In this document: positions 25,910 to 33,593 of the stretch, one piece after another
Position numbering within the stretch: the first letter of the stretch is position 1
How the letters are laid out: every line of letters begins with the position of its first letter
Virus record (IMG/VR): IMGVR_UViG_3300045988_116799
Location: 13,506 to 77,505 of that record
Strand: one strand, 5' to 3'
DNA length: 64,000 nt
Origin: a virus
Made by a program: the position numbers and the translations under genes
Notes under the pieces: generated by a model
What the model was told of the DNA's origin: nothing
Databases searched by the model: none
The model's input: only the letters and a program-made list of their open reading frames with translations

Positions 25910-26599
25910 TTACTTTGTAGCACCTTCGGGCTTCGGAGCGTTACGTTCAGCAAAACCCTCCATGCGCTTGATAAAATCGTCCTGCTCGCTCTGTGGAGTA
26001 CTTGTTGTCGGAGCTGTGACGAATGTGCCGTTTGCGACAAGCGACTGCTTCAATGCGGTATAATCGCTTGTTATCTGTTCAACGACATTATTAAGATTCT
26101 CCTCGTTGTCGAGCGTGTAACGTGAACGGAATATTTCGGGAACGTCCTTGAGCTTTTCGTTGCTTTGCAGCAAAGCGGACAATCTTGCCTTTTCCTCTCG
26201 TTCTTTGTATGGTGCAAGAGCAGCGGCAACAGCGTCTGAGATAGCTTTCTGTTGGTTTGCATTAGATTCGGCAATCATCTTCGCCACGGCATCCGCTGTA
26301 AGTGGTGCATCTGTCGGAGGTGTTGGAGGTGTGGGTGGTACTGGAGGGTCAGTAGGTTTAACCCAACCTTTGTACTTCGACTCTGTCTCACTGACCGCAC
26401 GATTGAATGACGATTGCATCATGCCTACATAAGGCTCGACCGCTGTGATAGCTTTGGTAACGTCCTCGTCTGTTGACTCATCTGTTAGGCCACGACTTGC
26501 GATAATCTGGTCTACCAGCTTTGAAAGTTCATCCTTCTTCAAACCGTACTTCGCGAATGACGTTTTGCAAGAAGCAAGCACTTTTTCTTTTATTGCCAT
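25910..26599 (-). CDS. Head scaffolding protein
   Basis: 229-aa helical, charged ORF with a PTDPPVPPTPPTPPTDAP linker; immediately upstream of the decoration and capsid genes. Confidence 0.55.
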   Translation of the reverse strand: MAIKEKVLASCKTSFAKYGLKKDELSKLVDQIIASRGLTDESTDEDVTKAITAVEPYVGMMQSSFNRAVSETESKYKGWVKPTDPPVPPTPPTPPTDAPLTADAVAKMIAESNANQQKAISDAVAAALAPYKEREEKARLSALLQSNEKLKDVPEIFRSRYTLDNEENLNNVVEQITSDYTALKQSLVANGTFVTAPTTSTPQSEQDDFIKRMEGFAERNAPKPEGATK

Positions 26600-26642
26600 A
26601 GTGTAATTCTGTTTAAACGTTAATGAAAATTTTATCTAACAA

Positions 26643-26699
26643 CAAAATTACATCATAAATGAATGCGTATAAAGAAATTTAAAAAGGCTGTGTAAACAA
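26643..26699 (-). promoter_or_regulatory. Late promoter: -7 box TAATTTTG plus upstream TTGTTTACACAG motif
   Basis: -7 box is plus 26643-26650; motif is plus ctgtgtaaacaa at 26688-26699, 37 nt upstream; drives the scaffold-to-lysis operon. Confidence 0.5.
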
Positions 26700-26792
26700 T
26701 TTTTGTTTTAGCGTGTTTTTCTTTGGTTTTGAATGATGTTTTATGTGTCTGTGTATAAGTTTACATAAATGAAAAGATATTGCATTAGATAC

Positions 26793-26834
26793 AAAATAAA
26801 ACAGGGCACAACGCATTTGTTAGCGTTATACCCC
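26793..26834 (-). terminator. Putative terminator after antirepressor module 1
   Basis: Imperfect stem GGGCACAACGC / GCGTTATACCCC followed on the minus strand by a T-rich tract (26803-26793). Confidence 0.35.
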
Positions 26835-26871
26835 GTAATAATGTGTTATATACAAGCTTCTATAAACTTGT

Positions 26872-27117
26872 TTATATCGTAGTGTTGTCTAAATTCTCAA
26901 TATTCTGTTCTATGTTAACAGCAACAGCGTCACGTATTGCGCGAACTGTATCGACTGTCGCATCAATCACGTTTTCTCCTCCTTCTTTATCTCCAAACAG
27001 GCGTATAGCCCGCTCTTGCAATTTTAAAAAATCCCGAAGTAGGTTTAACATTTCTGATGTGGTGTTGCTTACTGTGAATACTATCTCGCTGTTGTTTGTT
27101 GATTTATTGTCGTTCAT
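26872..27117 (-). CDS. Small conserved protein, paralog of 56160..56402
   Basis: 81 aa; MLNLLRDFLKLQERAIRLFGDKEGGENVIDA aligns with MLALLRDFIQLQNRLIVVYDGEVGGKNVIEA in the paralog. Confidence 0.55.
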   Translation of the reverse strand: MNDNKSTNNSEIVFTVSNTTSEMLNLLRDFLKLQERAIRLFGDKEGGENVIDATVDTVRAIRDAVAVNIEQNIENLDNTTI

Positions 27118-27144
27118 AATTTACTCTGATTTTAATAGTTCGTG

Positions 27145-27996
27145 TTACTTGTTTTTGTTTTCTCCGTTAATTTCGGCAATGGCTTGCTTTACATTAAAAT
27201 CGTTGCCGTAAAGCGCAATAATAAAGCGTTTGCCACGCTGATTCCATACAAGGGTTGTACTGGTTGATATTTCACCATTGCTTGACTGATAGTTGTAGGT
27301 GCGTGTACCTGCCAAGTTCCAACCTTTATAAGGCATCTTTAAGTGCCATTGTCCCGATTGCGAGTAAATTATACCTAATTCTTTTAGCTTGGCGTTGAGC
27401 GAGCGTGCCGTAATGTGCAAGTCGTCGGCAACTTGCGTTGTTGTAATGCAAGTTGTTGAAGCAAGTGTGTTGTCGTAGTATTCTGCTTTAGGTGCTGCGA
27501 TTTTGATTTGCTTGTCTTGCGCATCTATCTGTGCGTCTTTTTGTTCGATAACTATTTCTTGATAACGACCTTGTTCTTCAAGCTCTTTAATGCGCTTTTC
27601 GTGCTCGGCAATAACCTTGTCAGCAACTTTCATTGCACGTGCTAAAATTGTTGCAGGAGTGTCATTCTGTGTTGTTGCAATATAGCCACCTTTGGTGCGA
27701 ATTTCGTGAAGGATTTTCTTTACACCTTTCTTGAACTGCTTAGCAATTGGTTTGCGTGATTGCATAAGCAATTCATAAACACCTTCCTCTGTTAAGAACC
27801 ACATACTGCCACCACGACTTAACTTTAAATTAAGTCGTTCGTCCTCGTCAACATTGGCAACAGCACGTGACACATTCTTTAAACCAAGCCAATTCTGTAC
27901 ATCATTAGCCCGAAATAACGGGTTTTCAACAGACCCCCATACATCAATTTCCTTATCAAGGAAGGTTGATTTACTAATAATTCTGATTTCTTCCAT
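27145..27996 (-). CDS. Bro-N / KilAC-type phage antirepressor-like protein
   Basis: 283 aa. N-terminus has a Bro-N-like NPLFRANDVQNWLG...WFLTEEGVYELLMQSRKPIAKQF. C-terminus is KilAC-like: APKAEYYDNTLAS...TTTQVADDLHITARSLNAKLKELGII. Confidence 0.7.
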   Translation of the reverse strand: MEEIRIISKSTFLDKEIDVWGSVENPLFRANDVQNWLGLKNVSRAVANVDEDERLNLKLSRGGSMWFLTEEGVYELLMQSRKPIAKQFKKGVKKILHEIRTKGGYIATTQNDTPATILARAMKVADKVIAEHEKRIKELEEQGRYQEIVIEQKDAQIDAQDKQIKIAAPKAEYYDNTLASTTCITTTQVADDLHITARSLNAKLKELGIIYSQSGQWHLKMPYKGWNLAGTRTYNYQSSNGEISTSTTLVWNQRGKRFIIALYGNDFNVKQAIAEINGENKNK

Positions 27997-28210
27997 CTTG
28001 TGAACTTTTTAGAAGAATTTAGGCAAACAAAAAGCGGTCGCCATATACGCTGTTCACAAGATGGTAGTCCACTCGTAAGAGCTTCGTTTTTATCTATACG
28101 TATTGGCGACCGTGTATATTTCGGTCTTAAAGAGCATAAAATATGCCTATCCAGACGAATGAGCATTAACCGCTGCTCCCACGTAATGGTTTACCATCAT
28201 CTTGTGAACG
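27997..28210 (-). ncRNA. Structured 5' leader, copy A (candidate cis-regulatory attenuator)
   Basis: A 12-mer occurs three times: 28198-28209, reverse complement at 28052-28063, and 27994-28005 including the ATG. GC helix 28035-28049/28099-28112 is followed by a U-tract. A second copy lies at 57305-57516. Confidence 0.6.
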
Positions 28211-28213
28211 CCA

Positions 28214-28221
28214 CAAAATTA
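28214..28221 (-). promoter_or_regulatory. -7 promoter box TAATTTTG for leader A
   Basis: Plus caaaatta; a second TAATTTTG box with an upstream ACTAATAAA motif lies at 28297-28304. Confidence 0.45.
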
Positions 28222-28451
28222 TAAATTCTTCTGTAATGTACAAAATTTTTTTTGAGATATTTCTTATAATTTATTTTTCTATTATTTTTAACGTTGCAAA
28301 ATTAATAAAAATAGACGTAAAAACCAAGAAAACTAATAAAAATATTAATATTTAATATATATTTTATATTGATATAAATTTGTATAAAAATCATTTTAAT
28401 AATTTACTATTAAACAAAATTTACTACATTTGCAGCATAAAATTATTGCTT

Positions 28452-29171
28452 ATGGAATTTTTAAAAATACTTGAATGTCTTTTGAAACGACGCAGTGTCA
28501 TTAAAACAGAAAATGCATCGTCAGTGTTTAATTCATGTACAGAAGAAAAGCCTGTTGTCGAATCTTCCGTGCCTACTTCGTGTGTGATAGGAAATATGGT
28601 TTTAAATAAAGAATACGATAACGCTATTTTAACAGGAGAAAGGATATTATCAGAATGTCCAGATGATTATTTTGCGCATTGTAATTTAATGGTGGCTTTA
28701 TATAAAGTAGGAGACATAGAAAAATGCAACAAAGAGGCAAAGCTTGCTATCATTAAAGGACATCATACTGGATTTTGTGAAAATAGACTTTCTATAAATC
28801 TATACAAACAAAAAAAATATCATCAGGTTATACAGCTGTCAGATGTTTTAGAAAATTCAAGAGTTGGATTGTTTTTCGAAGATGTTCATAAAAGAAAACT
28901 TAGAGCATTAAAACATATAAAAGAAGCTCTCGACACAGAACATGATATTCTTTTTACAGAAAAAGAAATAGAAGAACTCTATGAAAATGTGGAAAAACTA
29001 AAAAAACTACGCACGTGGTACTTAAATACAAAAAAGAGACTACATGAAATGTGTTATAATGAAGAAAATTATAAACGCTTGTTTGATGGTGATGAAGAAA
29101 CGAAAAAACAAATGGATAAATATCAATCTTTAATAGCAGAATTAGATAGAAAATACGGCTATTTGCAATAA
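28452..29171 (+). CDS. Hypothetical protein in an AT-rich, oppositely oriented accessory gene
   Basis: The track ORF starts at a TTG at 28380; the ATG at 28452 (MEFLKILECLL...) follows a TACATTTG -7 box at 28424-28431. Helical repeat-like sequence, no recognisable motif. Confidence 0.5.
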   Translation: MEFLKILECLLKRRSVIKTENASSVFNSCTEEKPVVESSVPTSCVIGNMVLNKEYDNAILTGERILSECPDDYFAHCNLMVALYKVGDIEKCNKEAKLAIIKGHHTGFCENRLSINLYKQKKYHQVIQLSDVLENSRVGLFFEDVHKRKLRALKHIKEALDTEHDILFTEKEIEELYENVEKLKKLRTWYLNTKKRLHEMCYNEENYKRLFDGDEETKKQMDKYQSLIAELDRKYGYLQ

Positions 29172-29178
29172 TTTAAAT

Positions 29179-29213
29179 TGTTCGAGATGTTGTGTATTAA
29201 TACATCTCGAACA
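29179..29213. terminator. Bidirectional stem-loop terminator between convergent genes
   Basis: 12-bp stem TGTTCGAGATGT / ACATCTCGAACA with an 11-nt loop and T-rich flanks. Confidence 0.6.
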
Positions 29214-29218
29214 GTTTA

Positions 29219-30373
29219 TTATAAAGCTATGTAAGAAACACCTTTCTTCGGATTTTTTGTAGCTCTGTCAAGGCTAATCTTGCCGTGATAAATGCCTTTA
29301 ACAGTAGAATAGAAAGATGTGCGCTTGATGTTATCTCTTTCTACTGTTGGTATTTTGCCAATACGCTCACATTCTACGCCATTGTCGGTAAGTATGATGT
29401 TAATCGTCATAGGACCATAATACGACTCCTCAGTGCGTGTCTGAATAACCTTACCCTCAACCTTTACGTGTGTGCCAGTTTCAAGTTTTGTTTCTGCTTT
29501 CAAGCTGTCCTCGTAATTCTTTACCATAAAGAAAGCATATACCGCTTCATCTATATAGGCATAAAAATCGTTTGCCAATCTGTGTGTTTTATCGGCAAAT
29601 TCTCCGTCGATAGGTTTGCTTAAAGCGTGTTCACATACTTTGTTAACGTACTCGTTGTTGGCGTTGAATTGTTCGCCACAAAGTATTGTTTCGATATTAG
29701 TCAATGTAGGAGAGCGATAGTATGTATCTCTTTCACGATAAGCTTTCTTATAAATAGGGCATTTGTCATATTCAGCTTTTGCCGACATTATCAAATCAGC
29801 TTTCTTGAAAGCATTTTTGTAAATAGCGTTCGGGTTGCCACCCCACATTTTTAACTCGTCTTTGTCTGTTGAGTAAGACAGGCTGTAGTCATAGAGTTTG
29901 TGCAACTCGTCCGTAAACTTTGAGAGGTAATCAAAACTCTTGATACCAAACTTCTTTACGCATTCGCAGCCAACTTGCAATTCCTCGCCTGTTGTTACAT
30001 TCTCTATTACATACGAGTTTTTGCACCAATGTCCGCATACATCACATTTGTTGTAATCTTGTCCGTGAGCAGGATTTTTAAAGATAAGTTCTTTTGAAGT
30101 GTCAACTGGTGTGAATGCTCCGTCTTTAAATGTGCATACAAGCTTCCATCCATTTTCTTCAGGCATATTAACTGTAAGGTCGCATATTTCATGGAAGGCT
30201 TTTATGCATTTGCCTCTCATTCCGTTTTCGTTAATTACAGGATGATAAAATACCTTCATATATGGTTTACCAATTACAAAAGAAAAACCCTCAACATTCT
30301 TCTTTGTCTTGTTGGCAAACTTTTTAAAGCTTTCCACATTATCAGCAGGAATAAAAGTTTTGATAGTGTTCAT
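29219..30373 (-). CDS. Hypothetical protein with Cys-cluster (zinc-finger-like)
   Basis: 384-aa ORF; CDVCGHWCKNSY...VGCECVKKFG cluster; preceded by an early promoter/leader cassette. Confidence 0.5.
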   Translation of the reverse strand: MNTIKTFIPADNVESFKKFANKTKKNVEGFSFVIGKPYMKVFYHPVINENGMRGKCIKAFHEICDLTVNMPEENGWKLVCTFKDGAFTPVDTSKELIFKNPAHGQDYNKCDVCGHWCKNSYVIENVTTGEELQVGCECVKKFGIKSFDYLSKFTDELHKLYDYSLSYSTDKDELKMWGGNPNAIYKNAFKKADLIMSAKAEYDKCPIYKKAYRERDTYYRSPTLTNIETILCGEQFNANNEYVNKVCEHALSKPIDGEFADKTHRLANDFYAYIDEAVYAFFMVKNYEDSLKAETKLETGTHVKVEGKVIQTRTEESYYGPMTINIILTDNGVECERIGKIPTVERDNIKRTSFYSTVKGIYHGKISLDRATKNPKKGVSYIAL

Positions 30374-30480
30374 TGTTGTATCTCCTATATTTATTAGTTG
30401 TTATTAATTTTAACACCACAAAATTAATAACAATTCTTGAAACGACCAAATAAAACTAATAGAAGTATTAATATTTAAGA
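30371..30480 (-). promoter_or_regulatory. Early promoter/leader cassette (copy 1)
   Basis: Minus strand reads TTAAATATTAATACTTCTATTAGTTTT..TTATTAATTTTGTGGTGTTAAAATTAATAAC..AGGAGATACAACAATG. Confidence 0.55.
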
Positions 30481-30531
30481 CATTTTAGGTGATTTCTTGG
30501 GCGTGCAAGTTTTCTTGGAGAATGATAGCAT

Positions 30532-31317
30532 CTATTTTACGGCAGAGGTGTTTTTGAATTTGTTGATAAAATAGCACTGTCCCTTGCCAGTCACCTTTGT
30601 TGTGATTGTTGTATGCATAACGCCATCATTTCCGCTACGCACACCCTTCTTTATCTCGAAAAGTCCTTGCTCGACATATTGTTGGTTGGGGATATTGTAC
30701 CGTTCGCCTTTCTTGCCAAGATAGCCATTGTTCCGCAACCATTCAAACAACTTGTTCTGACCTATTGTAATGCCATTCTGTGTAAGAACTTTTGCAAGTT
30801 CCCCAACAAGACAGCTTGCCTTGCTTCCAACAATAGCATCGGCAAATGTGACCTTAGGCTGCATTTGCATGACCACGCCATTTAAAACAACGATTTCATG
30901 CGCTGATTCTTGCAACGCCTTTTGCTGTCGCTCGATTTTTTCTTGTTGTTCAGCCGCGAGGCGCAGAGCTTCGGCAAATGTCTGTGGCAGTCCATACTTT
31001 CCTGTTTTGCGGATTGAGGGTAATACATCGCCACACACCCAATCTTGGAAAGGCTCTGCGATAGGCTTGTCGGAGCGCATAATTAAACGATAGAGGTTCT
31101 GCTCGTTGATAAAGTGTGCTCTTTGTGTGCGCCCCATAGAATCTATGACCTCGATTGAATCTACCCCATCTTCTTTTAGGCGTTTCTTAGCGTCTGTGGC
31201 GTTGTTTATTCCTAATACTCGACAAATGTCTGCCAAGCAAAACAATGGCTCTTCACTCGTCCCTGCTGTTCTAATCTTTCCGAACGCAGGATTTTCAAAT
31301 ATTTTTATCTCGTTCAT
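30532..31317 (-). CDS. Bro-N / KilAC phage antirepressor (Ant-like)
   Basis: 261 aa. N-terminus FENPAFGKIRTAG..EPLFCLADICRVLG...QNLYRLIMRSDKPIAEPFQDWV. C-terminus PQTFAEALRLAAEQ...KVTGKGQCYFINKF. Confidence 0.8.
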   Translation of the reverse strand: MNEIKIFENPAFGKIRTAGTSEEPLFCLADICRVLGINNATDAKKRLKEDGVDSIEVIDSMGRTQRAHFINEQNLYRLIMRSDKPIAEPFQDWVCGDVLPSIRKTGKYGLPQTFAEALRLAAEQQEKIERQQKALQESAHEIVVLNGVVMQMQPKVTFADAIVGSKASCLVGELAKVLTQNGITIGQNKLFEWLRNNGYLGKKGERYNIPNQQYVEQGLFEIKKGVRSGNDGVMHTTITTKVTGKGQCYFINKFKNTSAVK

Positions 31318-31329
31318 GTTTGTCGCTTT

Positions 31330-31833
31330 TTATTTCGTTCCAGTAGAATTAAATCCGTGTTCACCTCGTTCCGTGTCTTTGTCTATTGTACCGACTTCAA
31401 ACGTCACGCTGGGAACTTGGACAATGCGCATTTGCGCTATCTTCGTGCCAGCAGGAATATATACGCCATGGTTACCTGCATTACATAGTTCTGGCGTAGA
31501 ACCACAACCGACACGCAACAGAGCGCATACCTCACCAGTATAACCACAGTCTACAAGACCGACGAGCACATCTGCATCTATGCGTATGTCAATATCACCG
31601 CTCCGTTTTCTTCCTTTACAAGCCATGCCCTTTAAAGACATTCCGCTACGTGGTTGTATCACGGCAGCGAGGTGCGGCGGCAACTGTATCTTAAAGCCGA
31701 GAGGGATTGCTGTTCGCTGGTAAGGTACAAGTTCTACGTCTTCTCTTGTAAAAACGTCAAATGCCGCATCTGTTGCGTGTGCTTTTTCAGGCATTTTGCC
31801 ACCGCACAATTCAATTTTAATTATCTCGTTCAT
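31330..31833 (-). CDS. dUTP diphosphatase (trimeric dUTPase) with an internal insertion
   Basis: 167 aa; AHATDAAFDV, PRSGMSLKG, GLVDCGYTGEV and RGEHGFNSTG motifs. Confidence 0.8.
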   Translation of the reverse strand: MNEIIKIELCGGKMPEKAHATDAAFDVFTREDVELVPYQRTAIPLGFKIQLPPHLAAVIQPRSGMSLKGMACKGRKRSGDIDIRIDADVLVGLVDCGYTGEVCALLRVGCGSTPELCNAGNHGVYIPAGTKIAQMRIVQVPSVTFEVGTIDKDTERGEHGFNSTGTK

Positions 31834-31855
31834 ATCTATAATTTTGTTTTAATGT

Positions 31856-32215
31856 TTATTTCAGATGTCCACAATGCCATTTAGAGCAGATAGGACAAAT
31901 GTAAATTTTATAATTCAAAGCTTTTAACTTGGGGTTCTGTTGAAGAAACTCTGCCGCTTCTTCTTCGCTTTCGTAGGCGACTTTAGCCTTCCACGAATGC
32001 TGTGCTGCTTTCGAGTCCAATGCCGAGGGTCGGGATGCAACGGTCTTACGTTGTCTTTGTTTCTTATCTTTCTATTTTTCATTGAGTCTGTTTTTTATGA
32101 GTGCAATTTTAGCCTTTACTTTGTTTATGTTCCGTGCATCGTGGTTGCTTAGTCTTACAACGTGATAGCCCATGCGCCAAATGCCTGACGAACGGTTGCC
32201 TATGTAACCTTGTAT
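31856..32215 (-). pseudogene. DUF559-like C-terminal remnant joined in frame, across a TAG, to a small Zn-ribbon-like ORF
   Basis: Minus-strand translation IGNRSSGIWRMGYHVVRLSNHDARNINKVKAKIALIKNRLNEK* aligns with the C-terminus of 32936..33307 and has no start codon. After the TAG (32074-32072) the frame continues to ...AYESEEEAAEFLQQ..YICPICSKWHCGHLK. Confidence 0.35.
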
Positions 32216-32961
32216 CTATACATTGCACGATATACCTCTTTAGAGATTTTACCTTTATATTTTTCAGCAAGGCTTTTTATGTATTCCTCTTTATAGAATT
32301 TATATTTATCGAATGCTTCTTGTGCGGTTTGAAATGTTCCTAAGTCGTATTTTTGAGAATTGATTGTAATGTACGCCTTAAACGTTTTGCCATTACATAC
32401 AACACCTGTTGGACATTTCTTTATTATATTCCGCTTCCTTCGTTCATAAGCTCTATTTATTTCGACAGGAATGAATGCACAGTTTTCCGGCGAATACACC
32501 TTATTTCCTGGTTTTAATACATCTTTATCTAAGACATATCCGTCTATATAGTTATCGTCGAACCATTTTTTAAAGGTACTATAGTACTTCCATTCTTCAC
32601 AGACACCACATCCTATATATGCAGGTTCTTTCCTTAAATAATTTTTATCATAGCATCTTGAAAGCATACTCGCCCATACAGCATAAGACCTTATAAAAAC
32701 GCCTTTATGTCTTATGATGCCTCTGTAATCATTTATTCCCACACCATATATAGGCTTATAGTTTTGTTCTTTTGCACACTTGGGACAGCCCTTGCCTTGC
32801 AAGTGAATGTTTGCCAATTGTGTAAACACACCATGTATAGGACAGCATACGTCTATCTTATGTCTATTGTTTATATAGACTGTATTTGTGTAATCATATT
32901 TATCTCCGTGTACCTCATGGGCTCTTTGGAGAAAATCATTTCTTGTTAATAATCGTCCCAT
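32200..32961 (-). CDS. Homing-endonuclease-like protein with AP2-type DNA-binding domain
   Basis: 253 aa. N-terminal DKYDYTNTVY..CPIHGVFTQ..KGCPKCA Zn-ribbon module; C-terminal GVVCNGKTFKAYITINSQKYDLGTFQTAQEAFDKY is AP2-like. Confidence 0.5.
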   Translation of the reverse strand: MGRLLTRNDFLQRAHEVHGDKYDYTNTVYINNRHKIDVCCPIHGVFTQLANIHLQGKGCPKCAKEQNYKPIYGVGINDYRGIIRHKGVFIRSYAVWASMLSRCYDKNYLRKEPAYIGCGVCEEWKYYSTFKKWFDDNYIDGYVLDKDVLKPGNKVYSPENCAFIPVEINRAYERRKRNIIKKCPTGVVCNGKTFKAYITINSQKYDLGTFQTAQEAFDKYKFYKEEYIKSLAEKYKGKISKEVYRAMYRYKVT

Positions 32962-33307
32962 TCTTTGCTTTATTTATTAACTGTTCTATTTTCTTTATGT
33001 CTCTTGCATTTTTGTTTGTTATATTAAATAAACTGTATCCAAGTCGCCTCACACCTTGACTTCTATTTTTATCTTTCCTTTTCTGATTATCAGTAAAATG
33101 GTAGCCACCGTTTACCTCAATAATCAACTTCAATGATGGAATATAGATGTCGGCAAAGTACAGCTTGCGCCCTGTCGTTATAGGCTGCTGTCTAACAACC
33201 TTATATCCGAGTAGCTCACAGTTGCGTATCGCTGCTTTTTCTGCGTTGCTTGTCTTTGACATAAGGTCTTGACGCATTCTGTTAATTAATGCTTTGCTTG
33301 GCTTCAT
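32936..33307 (-). CDS. DUF559/Vsr-like endonuclease-fold protein
   Basis: 123 aa; FADIYIPSLKLIIEVNGGYH...RLGYSLFNITN pattern. Confidence 0.5.
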   Translation of the reverse strand: MKPSKALINRMRQDLMSKTSNAEKAAIRNCELLGYKVVRQQPITTGRKLYFADIYIPSLKLIIEVNGGYHFTDNQKRKDKNRSQGVRRLGYSLFNITNKNARDIKKIEQLINKAKNGTIINKK

Positions 33308-33317
33308 TGTTGTTTAT

Positions 33318-33593
33318 TTAAAGATTACGAATAATGCGCATAGCGTTGTCAATAGCCCATCCAAACAATGTTGGTGGTGGCATTGTGATATTAGCACCTC
33401 GTCTCCATTTTTGACAATAATGTAACAAACGAAGCGTTTCTTTTCTGGACATGATATACGTGAAATATCGACACAAATCACTACAATGTCCTTCTTTCTT
33501 GCCTATATTGCAATGGCCATATCCTTCTGTGTCTTCGTTTTTAAAGAATGGGCACTCACCGCAATAAACTTCTTTACTTATTTCTTTTTTCAT
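33318..33593 (-). CDS. Small Cys-rich protein
   Basis: 91 aa; CGECPFF..GHCNIG..GHCSDLC. Confidence 0.4.
   Translation of the reverse strand: MKKEISKEVYCGECPFFKNEDTEGYGHCNIGKKEGHCSDLCRYFTYIMSRKETLRLLHYCQKWRRGANITMPPPTLFGWAIDNAMRIIRNL

Noticed and set aside
27879-28166. 95-aa ORFs running through the structured leaders (27879..28166 and 57397..57684)
   Set aside because: The two leaders are conserved at nucleotide level with differences that do not preserve either ORF. The ORFs also overlap the Bro-N start or neighbouring genes.
28150-28203. Possible leader peptide (uORF) starting at the AUG inside segment 1 of each structured leader
   Set aside because: Copy A would give 17 codons and copy B 34 codons, with different stops and no synonymous-type substitution pattern. 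It remains a possible translational-attenuation variant but is not supported as a conserved coding unit.
28052-28209. Reading the 12-mer inverted repeats as ends of an invertible DNA switch (phase variation)
   Set aside because: The promoter box lies outside the inverted repeats. One repeat copy contains the start codon, no recombinase is nearby, and the terminator-like helix fits an RNA mechanism better. Read-pair orientation analysis could still test it.
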